Assembly (NCBI GenBank): GCA_040235515.1
Contig: JBECKX010000119.1
Coordinates: 1 to 32,342, forward strand
Reading direction: 5' to 3'
Length of the DNA: 32,342 bases
From: Candidatus Zixiibacteriota bacterium
Lineage (GTDB): Bacteria; Zixibacteria; MSB-5A5; CAIYYT01
Below the pieces are notes generated by a model, which worked only from the letters and a program-made list of their open reading frames with translations, did no database searches and had not been told where the DNA came from. This document shows positions 7,912-16,635 of the stretch, in pieces (within the stretch, counting starts at the first letter, position 1; the number at the start of each line of letters is the position of its first letter). Position numbers and translations under genes: made by a program.

Positions 7912-9480
7912 CTACTTCACGAACTGAATGAACATGACATAGCCGTCAAGCGGGGGCAGGATGGCTTTGTCAACGCGGAACCGAATCTCACCGCTCGAAG
8001 GATCGTAGATCGGTTCATCACCCGTCATACCCACGATATATTTTCCGATGATATTGTTGGCGACGTAGCTATAGGCGCCCGCTTCGACATTCGAGAAGAG
8101 GATGCCATACTGGTAGTTGTCAAAAATGGTATCGGGGAACTGCTCCTGAAACAGTGAGCTGGAATACTTCGAGCCATAGCGTTGGCGCAGCAGGATTGCC
8201 GCCTTGGTGTCGGGGTCATCAACCCGGGCAACGACATTGTACCACAGCGAATCCTCATACATCCGCAGCAGGATTCCTTTCAAGCCCGTTTCGTAAACCA
8301 GCTTGCCGGCTTCAGACGCACCAGCGGCCATCCGCCCGGAATCATTATCGGGGAGCCAGCTCTTGAACTCCGCAATCAGCGAACTCCATTCCGTTCCCGT
8401 GGCAGTGCCGACCGCCTTTTGGAAATCTGCTCGCGTGATCGCCGCAACATCAGCATCGCTTCCAGATAGCTGGCGGTACAGCTTGAAATAGTCCGCCCGC
8501 CCCAGCTTGTCGAAGAGGAAGTTGCAGAAAAGTCCCGCCAACGGGTAGGCGAAGTCGGGGTTGGCATTGAAAGTCGCGAAGTCTTTGGCAGTAATCAGAG
8601 TATCGAGACTGACCAGGTCATTGAGATAGAGGTAGCTGCCCAATGCCTCAAGGACATCGGCTGACCGGCCCCAGCGTCCACCAAGGAACGTCGCCGTCCC
8701 ATACTCCATGAAGGGCAGGGTCACCGGTGGCAACTTCTCGTTGGCATACGCGACCATGAAGCGAGCAATCTCGTGGAATGGCGGGAAGTGCTTTGAGACG
8801 ATTCCGTCATAGTTCTTCATGAAAGTTCCCAGCGCCTGCTTTCCCGTGATCAGTTCAACTTCACCATAGGTACCGCACAGGACGCCGTTGAGCTTGATCG
8901 TCTCGAGGATGAACATCTTCTCGTTGGAGACGCCGAGTTTCTTGCCAAGTTCCCGGATGAACTGGTCGGTCTGGGCCGCCGCCTGGGTATTGAAGATTGT
9001 TTCATCGCGATAGCGCAGGCGCAGGAAGTCAGTCTCGGTGCTTTCCCAGGAGTCTGTGTAAACATTCGGGGTCGCTACAAGCTGTGGTTCGGTGACACCG
9101 CCGACGAGGAAGTAGTGCGTGCCCCAGAGTGTATCGGCAGGAAGGAGAATGCTGTAGGTCACCTTGGCGTAGTCTCTGGCAATGGAAACGACGCTGACGC
9201 GAAACTCAGCGGTGCCGGCGCGGATTTCACTGAGGTGCTGCCAGAGCGGCGAGCCGATCTCCAGCTTGAGCGGGCAATTCTCGTACTCGATTTTGAGATC
9301 CTCAGAGCGGCTCTGGTCGAGCAGAGCCCAATAGCCCTTGGCTTCGCCATATTTCTCTGCTTTGAGAAGCTCGACATATTCGTTGACCCGCTGGATAACT
9401 TCATCTTCCTGAGCTGTGGCCGGGATCGAGACTGTCAGGAGCAGCAGTGGTAGAATTATAGACAGATAGCGAATCATCAT
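7912..9480 (-). CDS. Secreted hypothetical protein with degenerate gluzincin/peptidase-MA-like region
   Basis: Signal peptide MIRYLSIILPLLLLTVSIPATA. PFHEIARF followed by FMEYGTATF, resembling HExxH...EGxA with the second His replaced by Arg. Confidence 0.6.
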   Translation of the reverse strand: MMIRYLSIILPLLLLTVSIPATAQEDEVIQRVNEYVELLKAEKYGEAKGYWALLDQSRSEDLKIEYENCPLKLEIGSPLWQHLSEIRAGTAEFRVSVVSIARDYAKVTYSILLPADTLWGTHYFLVGGVTEPQLVATPNVYTDSWESTETDFLRLRYRDETIFNTQAAAQTDQFIRELGKKLGVSNEKMFILETIKLNGVLCGTYGEVELITGKQALGTFMKNYDGIVSKHFPPFHEIARFMVAYANEKLPPVTLPFMEYGTATFLGGRWGRSADVLEALGSYLYLNDLVSLDTLITAKDFATFNANPDFAYPLAGLFCNFLFDKLGRADYFKLYRQLSGSDADVAAITRADFQKAVGTATGTEWSSLIAEFKSWLPDNDSGRMAAGASEAGKLVYETGLKGILLRMYEDSLWYNVVARVDDPDTKAAILLRQRYGSKYSSSLFQEQFPDTIFDNYQYGILFSNVEAGAYSYVANNIIGKYIVGMTGDEPIYDPSSGEIRFRVDKAILPPLDGYVMFIQFVK

Positions 9481-9867
9481 TGAAACTCCCTCTGGAACAG
9501 CGTGGCGGCGGAACCGCCATTTCTTCTGGGTTCAGTCATCATTCAGTTGGACCCAATGTCGAGCAGCGAGAATCTGTCGACAGACAGGGTTTCCTATTAT
9601 AATCGGAATTGCGAAATTGTGACCAGATTTTTTTGAGAATCGGCTGTTCGGAGAGACCCGGCATGGGCACGAGGCGGGGCTTGATGTAAGAATTGGCGCA
9701 AAGAGGTGTTTTCGTCGGCTGACTCAATTTGTTATATAGTTGAACGATTTAGCGAACGATCGCTCTAATTAGTCGACAATCAAGATGAAGCCGCAGTTGG
9801 GGTCTGGGCGGCTGAATTCTGTGCTAACAGGATTGCTGGAAATCTTAGCGAGAACTGGATCAGGAAG

Positions 9868-10767
9868 ATGCAGACAAAATTCAGTAAATCGACCGATTCG
9901 AAACATAAAGTGACGCTTGAATCAAAGCTGATCTACGCCGTATGGAAAGCCAGCGAAGCACCCAAGGGGCAGAGTGTCTGGTACGACATCGGATTTGCAT
10001 TTGTCGGCGAAGGGGCTCCGGCGAAGATTAAATTGAAAAAGGCCAACGGCAGCACCGTAGCCACTATCGAGGAGAGCGTCAGGCGTAACCGTCTCTGCAA
10101 AATCATGAACATCCCCGCCAGTCTTGAAGTGAACGAAATGATCTATTTCGAAGTGGAGCTTGCGAAGAACGGCATTAAGGGTGAATCGAATCGTATTCCG
10201 GTTGTCCCGCCAATTATCGTTGAGGATATGCAGTGGAGTCAACAGGAGGCGCGCCGTGGCGATGTGCTAACCTTGAGCGCAAATGTACGCAACGCGAACG
10301 AGGATGCGCCGGCCATAGTCACTGTTCTGGAGTACGACAATGATGGCGCGCATGACCGGATCACCTCGATGGAGACCAAGGTGCGTAATAAGAAGGTGGA
10401 ACTGCTGTGGGAGTATGAGTATCATGAGGATACCGATGAGATCCCGACGCAGGAGGAGATGCAGCGCTACGGACGAAACTACAATCCGCCGGAATACTTC
10501 TTTATAATCGAGATAGGCGGACAACTGTTCGGCGAAGAGCAGGAATCGGGGATTCTGAGGTTCAAAGATTATATTGAAGTGCAGGCCAATGAACCGGACG
10601 GCACCGCAATCGCTGACGAGGATGTCAAGGTGACCCTTCCCGATGGCAGCGAGAAAACCGGTAAGACCGACGCCAACGGGTATTGCAAAATCGAGGGTAT
10701 CCCGCCGGGTCGTTGCCAGATCGAGTTTCCGAATCGACCCGGGATGAGACCGGCTGAAAACCAGTAG
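9868..10767 (+). CDS. Hypothetical protein with C-terminal transthyretin/carboxypeptidase-regulatory-like beta-sandwich; candidate effector adaptor
   Basis: No signal peptide. C-terminal IEVQANEPDGTAIADEDVKVTLPDGSEKTGKTDANGYCKIEGIPPGRCQIEFP. Confidence 0.6.
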   Translation: MQTKFSKSTDSKHKVTLESKLIYAVWKASEAPKGQSVWYDIGFAFVGEGAPAKIKLKKANGSTVATIEESVRRNRLCKIMNIPASLEVNEMIYFEVELAKNGIKGESNRIPVVPPIIVEDMQWSQQEARRGDVLTLSANVRNANEDAPAIVTVLEYDNDGAHDRITSMETKVRNKKVELLWEYEYHEDTDEIPTQEEMQRYGRNYNPPEYFFIIEIGGQLFGEEQESGILRFKDYIEVQANEPDGTAIADEDVKVTLPDGSEKTGKTDANGYCKIEGIPPGRCQIEFPNRPGMRPAENQ

Positions 10768-10803
10768 TTTATAACGTTGCTTAAAGTAATAGTTGAATAA
10801 GCG

Positions 10804-13203
10804 ATGGGAGTAGTAGATCAGTTAGTTTCGGGCGTTCGCCATGCCCTCTGGGGTCCGGAACTGCGGCCCCTTGAACTGTTTCCGCGCAAGCCGGAGAATA
10901 TCTTTGAGAGTGGAACGACCTTAAAGAAACTTCTCCCCGACGAGTTCGAGGAAGTTCACAACGGCTACAGCCCAGACCTGAAGAAGATCGAAATCCACTT
11001 TTACCCCGACCTCGGAACTACCCGTACCATAACCGCGTTCGTCAGCAAACTCGACGATAAGCAGATCGTGCCGGAGGCGGGCAGGAAGGTTTATTTTCGG
11101 TTGGCGCCCGGCAGTCCTCCGGGGGCTAAGTTAAAAAGTAACGAGGCCGAGTCGGACGAGAAGGGGTTTGCCTCTGTTGAGGTGGAGCATCCCGCCGAAA
11201 CTCCTGCGGGGCTGCGACTGATTTACATCCAGGCAAGCTTGAACGATGAGTTCCAGGGCTACGCACAACAGAACCTGCTGGTGTGCCGTAATCTCGATGT
11301 GTCAGAAGACCTTAGCCGGCTTATCTCCGGTAATACTTTACTGGTAAAGCAGGCGGACAACGTTGAGGCCTCGGATGGTTTCAGGAGAATCCAGCAACTT
11401 CTGAATCAGGTTGTCGCGCGCAAGAAATCGGCTGAGAACTTCGAGTGGCTCAAGACGGATGGCAAATTCGGCAGCATCTGCGAGAAGGTAGTCAAGGAGT
11501 TCATCGAGAAGTTCGCCGGCGCATTCAACTACGAGCAGGGGAAGTTTAATGTCAAAGTGGACGAGCGGGTGAAAGAATATATCAAGAGCGAGTATGGCGA
11601 TTATAAGGAGGGGAGCGTCGTCGACCGTTCTCTCCTGATCGGTTCGAAGCTCTGGAGCGAGGGTGACCCGGTCGGCGAGATCGACGGTCTGCTCGATATC
11701 TACAACGGTGTCGTGCGCCGGTTTTTCAGCGAGATGATGCGGATGGGGGATGAGTACGCGAACTGCAGCACCTTCTGGTTGCATCGCCCCGAAGACGAAC
11801 GCTACCGGCGCGGAAAGATTTTGAAGGTACGCATCGATTCAAGCTGCGAGCTCCGTCAGGAAGGCACCGATCAATCCGATGTGGTGAAGAATGAGAAGAG
11901 CGGCGCGACACAAAAGGTTACCGCCGGTGAGACCTGGAAGTTTCTGGAGGATAATGCCCAGGCGATCGCACAATGGCACAAGGTGAGTGCATTCCCGCTG
12001 CTGCAGAAGAAGGCATGGGTTGAGGGTGACAACGTCGAGGAGCAGGCAAACAACAAGCTGAAATTCACCGGCACAACGACGGTACAGAATGCAACCGTCA
12101 CGAGCAGGAAGCCACGCAAAGACTACTGTGGTAACGACGTCGAGATCGCGGCTGGAAAAATTGTCAAGATGACGTTCAAGAAGACGGTGAGCGGGACGGT
12201 GTGGTATCAGATAGTCGTGCCCGGCAAGTCGGGGTGGGTGAAAGCCGATGACAGCAAGCTGATCAACAGTAACCGTAATGTTAGCGCGACGAAGGCCACA
12301 AAGGTATACTCCGAGCCCTCCGAGACGAGCGGCCCGGTCAAAGACTATGCCGGCAACGAGATCGAGCTGGCGGTTGGGGATAAGCTGCCATACCTGAAGA
12401 ATACCACTCCGCCGGAGAAGATTTGGTTCAAGATTGTCAGGGATGACGGAGTTGAGGGTTGGGTGCCTGAGGAGAAGAGCACACCGATTTCGAACGATCG
12501 TGCCATAGCGGTCAATGCAGGAACCTTCGGTGTGCCGGGGGTCGCTTACGCGTTTGGCTCCAAGTTTCTCCCGTCAGACTTCACACAAAAGCTGAAGGAC
12601 CACAAGTTGGGTCCGGATGAGATTCAGTGCTGGCACCAGTATGAGAAGCGGTTTAAGCCCGGCAAGTACATGAAGGAGAGTGACACCGTCAATTGGATTG
12701 GAGTTGATTGTTCCGGATTTACCCAGAACTGCATCACTTACTCGCTGCTGCCTGACAACACCCGTATTGTACCGCAGAGCCGCATGGAGCGCATCAGCGC
12801 CGTGAGTGTGGCCAAAGAGGATGATTGGCCCTGGAGCGGGACAATCGCCGCTCGCTGGTTCACCGGAGACTATGAGTACAACGGCCAATCATTTCACGAT
12901 CGCTGGGCGCGTGAAATCCCTTACGAACGTGATGACATGGAAAAACAGTGGGCTGACATAACGGACCTGATTACGACCAATGGGCATATCGGCTGGATCG
13001 CTGAGGAGAATCCTTATCTGGCTGAGGGGCAACGAGAGTTCATGCTCTACAACGCGTTCGGCGGCTACTCGCGCCACAACCAGAGCCCGAAAATCCCAAC
13101 CGACAAATTCATTCGCAAAGTGATAAAGATGCCCTTCAAGTGGTGGGGGATAACTTGTGGTGACAGTGGCACGAAAATCAGTCGAGTTTTCTTCTGGAGT
13201 TAG
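10804..13203 (+). CDS. Multidomain NlpC/P60 peptidoglycan hydrolase (Ig-like, PG-binding-like, 3 SH3b-like, NlpC/P60), no signal peptide
   Basis: Catalytic motifs YAFGS, GVDCSGF (Cys codon 12709) and DLITTNGHIG (His codon 12985). PG-binding-like RRIQQLLN...TDGKFGSICEKVVKEF. SH3b-like WHKV..KAWV, WYQI..SGWV and WFKI..EGWV. Confidence 0.75.
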   Translation: MGVVDQLVSGVRHALWGPELRPLELFPRKPENIFESGTTLKKLLPDEFEEVHNGYSPDLKKIEIHFYPDLGTTRTITAFVSKLDDKQIVPEAGRKVYFRLAPGSPPGAKLKSNEAESDEKGFASVEVEHPAETPAGLRLIYIQASLNDEFQGYAQQNLLVCRNLDVSEDLSRLISGNTLLVKQADNVEASDGFRRIQQLLNQVVARKKSAENFEWLKTDGKFGSICEKVVKEFIEKFAGAFNYEQGKFNVKVDERVKEYIKSEYGDYKEGSVVDRSLLIGSKLWSEGDPVGEIDGLLDIYNGVVRRFFSEMMRMGDEYANCSTFWLHRPEDERYRRGKILKVRIDSSCELRQEGTDQSDVVKNEKSGATQKVTAGETWKFLEDNAQAIAQWHKVSAFPLLQKKAWVEGDNVEEQANNKLKFTGTTTVQNATVTSRKPRKDYCGNDVEIAAGKIVKMTFKKTVSGTVWYQIVVPGKSGWVKADDSKLINSNRNVSATKATKVYSEPSETSGPVKDYAGNEIELAVGDKLPYLKNTTPPEKIWFKIVRDDGVEGWVPEEKSTPISNDRAIAVNAGTFGVPGVAYAFGSKFLPSDFTQKLKDHKLGPDEIQCWHQYEKRFKPGKYMKESDTVNWIGVDCSGFTQNCITYSLLPDNTRIVPQSRMERISAVSVAKEDDWPWSGTIAARWFTGDYEYNGQSFHDRWAREIPYERDDMEKQWADITDLITTNGHIGWIAEENPYLAEGQREFMLYNAFGGYSRHNQSPKIPTDKFIRKVIKMPFKWWGITCGDSGTKISRVFFWS

Positions 13204-13214
13204 GATGAGGCACG

Positions 13215-14252
13215 ATGTTCTCCCGAAATACAGTTCTGGTCGTGGTCGCGGCCTTCATGGCTCTGATCACGGGGGCGTGTGGCATGGCTGACGATAATCT
13301 TGAGCAGCAGGAAGCGGTCCCGATCTACTTCGAGCAGGGAAGTGATCCGGGAAAGCTGTTCTATGAAAGCGACCCGATGGGAGTGCCGACACTGCCGATC
13401 GGCGTGGCGGTGGACGGCGATGGAAATTGTTACTTTCTCGAACCGGAGCTGCAGCGGGTTCAGCAGTTTACGGCGGATGGTGAATTTGTCGGGGAGTTGC
13501 CTCCCTCCGAGGCAATAGCGGAGGCGCCGGAAAGTTATCCGAGTGGTCTGGCAGTCGATGAGACGGGGTTGGTCTGCGTGTTATGGGCGACTCCATCCGC
13601 CGAGGATGGTACCCTGACGCTGGAACTGTGTCGCTACTCCGCGGGGGGGGAGTTGAAGGCGCAGACGGCACTGATCGAAGCGCCTGTAAAGCTGACTCAG
13701 GTTGAGCGAATGTGGATCGACAGCCGCGGATTTATCTGGCTGCGAGAGGGCAATCTCGGTCTGGCCTTCACTCGCGATGGCTACTTCAACGCAAAGGTAG
13801 AGGGTAATATTGTCGGATTCACGCCGATGGGTTACCTGCTGGTCCGACGAGATAGTCTGGCGCTTTACAACTGCAACGGTACGCTTGAAATCAATCTGGA
13901 GTCTGTGACCGCAGAGTATCCCGCAACCGTCGTCGCCGGAGATCTGAAGGGATTGCTGGTTGCACTGCCGGCCAGGCAGAAAGAGTCCCAGGTAGACGCA
14001 ACTCTGGAGGCTGAGAACAAGATCGAGCTGTTCCGGTTCGATGCCGAAGCCGCAACTGTCACGTCGTTGGGGAGAATGGAACTGCCGGTGACGAGGTTCG
14101 TCTATCCGATTCCCGAATCAGATAACGCGGTTGCCGAGCAGGTCTACCTGACCGAGTTGGCGACCCTCTCAAACGGAAGGCTCTACGTGCTTGCCTATTC
14201 CGAAGAGGATTTCTGGCTGGAGTCGTTCGATCTGAGCCAATATCAGAAGTAG
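13215..14252 (+). CDS. Lipoprotein with NHL/beta-propeller repeats; candidate immunity protein
   Basis: Hydrophobic signal with lipobox-like ITGAC. NHL-like PIGVAVDGDGNCYF...RVQQFTADGEFV and PSGLAVDETG. Starts 11 bp after the hydrolase gene. Confidence 0.7.
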   Translation: MFSRNTVLVVVAAFMALITGACGMADDNLEQQEAVPIYFEQGSDPGKLFYESDPMGVPTLPIGVAVDGDGNCYFLEPELQRVQQFTADGEFVGELPPSEAIAEAPESYPSGLAVDETGLVCVLWATPSAEDGTLTLELCRYSAGGELKAQTALIEAPVKLTQVERMWIDSRGFIWLREGNLGLAFTRDGYFNAKVEGNIVGFTPMGYLLVRRDSLALYNCNGTLEINLESVTAEYPATVVAGDLKGLLVALPARQKESQVDATLEAENKIELFRFDAEAATVTSLGRMELPVTRFVYPIPESDNAVAEQVYLTELATLSNGRLYVLAYSEEDFWLESFDLSQYQK

Positions 14253-14259
14253 TCGGGGG

Positions 14260-14571
14260 CTAGTCCTCGATTTTGACGTAAACGTGACCCTCTTCGACCT
14301 TCACCTCGTAAGTTTCGATCTCAATATTCTCTGATTCGAGGGATTTCCCGGTTACTACATTTGTCCGCCATCCATGCAACGGGCAGGTGAGAACTTCCCC
14401 CTCAACCTCGCCACCGTCATAGCTTGCGCCCTGGTGCGGGCAGATATCCTCGATTGCGTAGAATTTTCCGGCGACCTTGCAGATGGCGACCGGGAATCCA
14501 TCGATCTCGACGACCAACGGCTCGTTTTCGGGAATCTCTTCGACCGGGCAGACTTTGATAAACTCTCCCAT
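14260..14571 (-). CDS. Rieske-type [2Fe-2S] ferredoxin
   Basis: CPHQG and CPLHGW ligand motifs in a 103-aa protein. Confidence 0.93.
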   Translation of the reverse strand: MGEFIKVCPVEEIPENEPLVVEIDGFPVAICKVAGKFYAIEDICPHQGASYDGGEVEGEVLTCPLHGWRTNVVTGKSLESENIEIETYEVKVEEGHVYVKIED

Positions 14572-14572
14572 A

Positions 14573-15031
14573 TTACTTTCTGAGCCGATCGAGGATCTGT
14601 TCTGCGTGGCTGTCGGTCTTGACGCTCTTGATTACGTCGGCCACCTTGCCATCCTCACCGATGATGAAGGTTGATCGCTTGATCCCCATGCTCTTCTTCC
14701 CATACATGTTCTTCTCGACCCAGACGCCGAACTTATCGGCGATCTTATGCCCCGGATCAGCCAACAGCGGGAAGGGCAGCTTAAATTTCTCGGTGAACTT
14801 CTGGTGCGATTCTACGTCGTCGGGCGAGATGCCGTAGATCTCCACGTCAGCCTTTTTCAACCGGGCGTAACCATCGCGCAGGGAGCAGGCTTCTTTGGTA
14901 CAGCCGGGCGTGTCATCTTTGGGATAAAAGTAGAGTACGACTTTCCGACCTTTCCAATCAGCAGATTTTACCTTTGTGCCATCGGTTTGCTGCAGTGTGA
15001 ATGCAGGCACCTTGGCTCCAACTTCAAGCAT
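14573..15031 (-). CDS. bcp: Thioredoxin-dependent thiol peroxidase (BCP/PrxQ)
   Basis: VVLYFYPKDDTPGCTKEAC and RSTFIIG motifs. Confidence 0.95.
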   Translation of the reverse strand: MLEVGAKVPAFTLQQTDGTKVKSADWKGRKVVLYFYPKDDTPGCTKEACSLRDGYARLKKADVEIYGISPDDVESHQKFTEKFKLPFPLLADPGHKIADKFGVWVEKNMYGKKSMGIKRSTFIIGEDGKVADVIKSVKTDSHAEQILDRLRK

Positions 15032-15200
15032 TAGTGACTCTCCATTTCTGATAGTTGACCCCAGATGGGTCGTGGTCTCCTGACAGAGATAGAGCTTAAC
15101 ATCTTAGAGCCATGTAGTAAAGCAGTTCTTGAAGTTGCCCAGCTCGGTCGAGGAAAGTTTTGTTTGCGAGAGCGGCTTTTGTATCCAATAGTAGTTAACG

Positions 15201-15635
15201 ATGATCGAGGAATTGCAGGATATCTTAAGGGACGCTTACATCAGGGAACGTAAGCTTGGCTTGTTGTACGAGACGCTGGCCGAACTCGATTCGGCCGAGG
15301 GTGAGGCTGATTCCTTTTTCGTGCAGGCGCATGAAGATCAGAAGTCAGATATGGAGACTCTGGACCTCATCAACAAGAAGTATGGTGGTGAGGAAATCGA
15401 TCCGAGTGTATTGACGCGGATGGGCCAGACCCTCGCGAATCTGCGCGCGGGCCGAAAGGAGCGCGATGACCTGATTCGGCAGGTGCTGGAGGATGAAACG
15501 CAACTGGTGGAGGTCTACAAGAGTTCGCTGCGGCATCTCTCCTCCGACGACGATTCGCGCAAGAAGATCAATGCGATTCTCACCGTCAAACTCGTGCATC
15601 GCCGCGACCTGATGTCTGAGCTGGAGATGTTCTAA
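15201..15635 (+). CDS. Ferritin-like four-helix-bundle domain protein
   Basis: Helical acidic pattern AYIRERKLGLLYE / VLEDETQLVEVYK...VHRRDL. Metal ligands look partly degenerate. Confidence 0.55.
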   Translation: MIEELQDILRDAYIRERKLGLLYETLAELDSAEGEADSFFVQAHEDQKSDMETLDLINKKYGGEEIDPSVLTRMGQTLANLRAGRKERDDLIRQVLEDETQLVEVYKSSLRHLSSDDDSRKKINAILTVKLVHRRDLMSELEMF

Positions 15636-15687
15636 CCCCTGATTTTACCGACTCAAGCGCGGTCCGCGACCGATTTTCCGAAACCGC

Positions 15688-15715
15688 TTGACTCTCCCAC
15701 CACTATACCTACATT
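15688..15715 (+). promoter_or_regulatory. Putative sigma70 promoter of the pyr operon
   Basis: TTGACT-16 bp-TACATT just upstream of the PyrR-binding element. Confidence 0.55.
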
Positions 15716-15730
15716 GACGCCTGATTGGTT

Positions 15731-15760
15731 CCTTTAATCGTGTCCCGTGAGACCGAAAGG
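15731..15760 (+). promoter_or_regulatory. PyrR-binding RNA element (binding loop)
   Basis: CCTTTAA-tcgt-GTCCCGTGAGAC-cg-AAAGG resembles the CUUUAA...GUCCNGNGAGGY consensus, in the pyrR leader. Confidence 0.8.
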
Positions 15761-15882
15761 CAACTGATGCCATTAGCCGCCCGGTGATTACGCCCGGGTG
15801 AGCAGTTTGGACATCACCCGCGAAGCAGAATTCGCGCCCCTCTGATCGATACTCGCGAGACCAAACCACTGAAGGAGTAATA

Positions 15883-16635
15883 GTGGCCGAAAAGGAATTT
15901 TCCGTAATTCTTGGACCGCGCCAGGTCAAACACGCATTATCCCGCATCGCACATGAAATCCTGGAATCTGCGGGGGAAGATGACAGGCTCGCCATCATCG
16001 GTATCCGTTCGAATGGTGACCACCTCGCAGACCGGCTGGCGGCAGAGATCGCCGAAATGGATGATCGTGAAGTTGAGATAGGGTATATGGATATCACGCT
16101 CTATCGTGATGATCTGATGACGAATCCGGAACATCCAGATATTCGCTCCACCGACATCCTCTTCTCATTAGACAACAAGCTGGTAGTACTGGTGGATGAC
16201 GTTCTCTTCACGGGACGCACCATCCGTGCTGCGTTGAACCAGACACCTGACTATGGCCGTCCCCGCGCGGTGCGGCTGGCGGTGCTGATCGACCGTGGCG
16301 GGCGAGAGCTGCCGATCCGTGCCGATTTTGTCGGCAAGAATATTCCGACGAGCCCGAAGGATGATATCGTCGTCGAGCTGACCGAACGCGGCGGCGAGGA
16401 TCGCGTGTTGCTCTATCGCGCGGCGCGCACGACCGAGAAGGGGAGTGCCGGGCCGGAATCAGCAAAGGTTGGCGGCAAGAAGACCCCGGCGAAGAAATCA
16501 TCCCGGTCGAGCAAATCAGCGGACAAATCAGCGGGCAAATCATCCGGAAAATCATCCGGAAAATCTTCAGGCAAGCCTGGAAAGAGTGGTGCCGGAAAGA
16601 GTAGTTCCTCCTCAACGAAGCGGGGTAAGAAATGA
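15883..16635 (+). CDS. pyrR: Bifunctional pyr operon regulator / uracil phosphoribosyltransferase PyrR with K/S/G-rich C-terminal extension
   Basis: Motifs [34 protein letters not shown] and [27 protein letters not shown] before the GTG. Confidence 0.95.
   Translation: MAEKEFSVILGPRQVKHALSRIAHEILESAGEDDRLAIIGIRSNGDHLADRLAAEIAEMDDREVEIGYMDITLYRDDLMTNPEHPDIRSTDILFSLDNKLVVLVDDVLFTGRTIRAALNQTPDYGRPRAVRLAVLIDRGGRELPIRADFVGKNIPTSPKDDIVVELTERGGEDRVLLYRAARTTEKGSAGPESAKVGGKKTPAKKSSRSSKSADKSAGKSSGKSSGKSSGKPGKSGAGKSSSSSTKRGKK
16513..16572 (+). repeat. Five imperfect 12-bp tandem repeats in the pyrR tail
   Basis: aaatcagcggac, aaatcagcgggc, aaatcatccgga, aaatcatccgga, aaatcttcaggc ([20 protein letters not shown]). 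Confidence 0.85.

Noticed and set aside
9481..9867. Riboswitch or sigma54/sigma28 promoter in the divergent region before the effector operon
   Set aside because: Only a short AGCCGC/GCGGCT stem, a GAACGAT repeat and weak partial promoter matches were found; none is specific enough to call.
14260..15635. Rieske ferredoxin, bcp and ferritin-like trio as a novel system
   Set aside because: These are ordinary redox/oxidative-stress genes, and nothing beyond adjacency links them.
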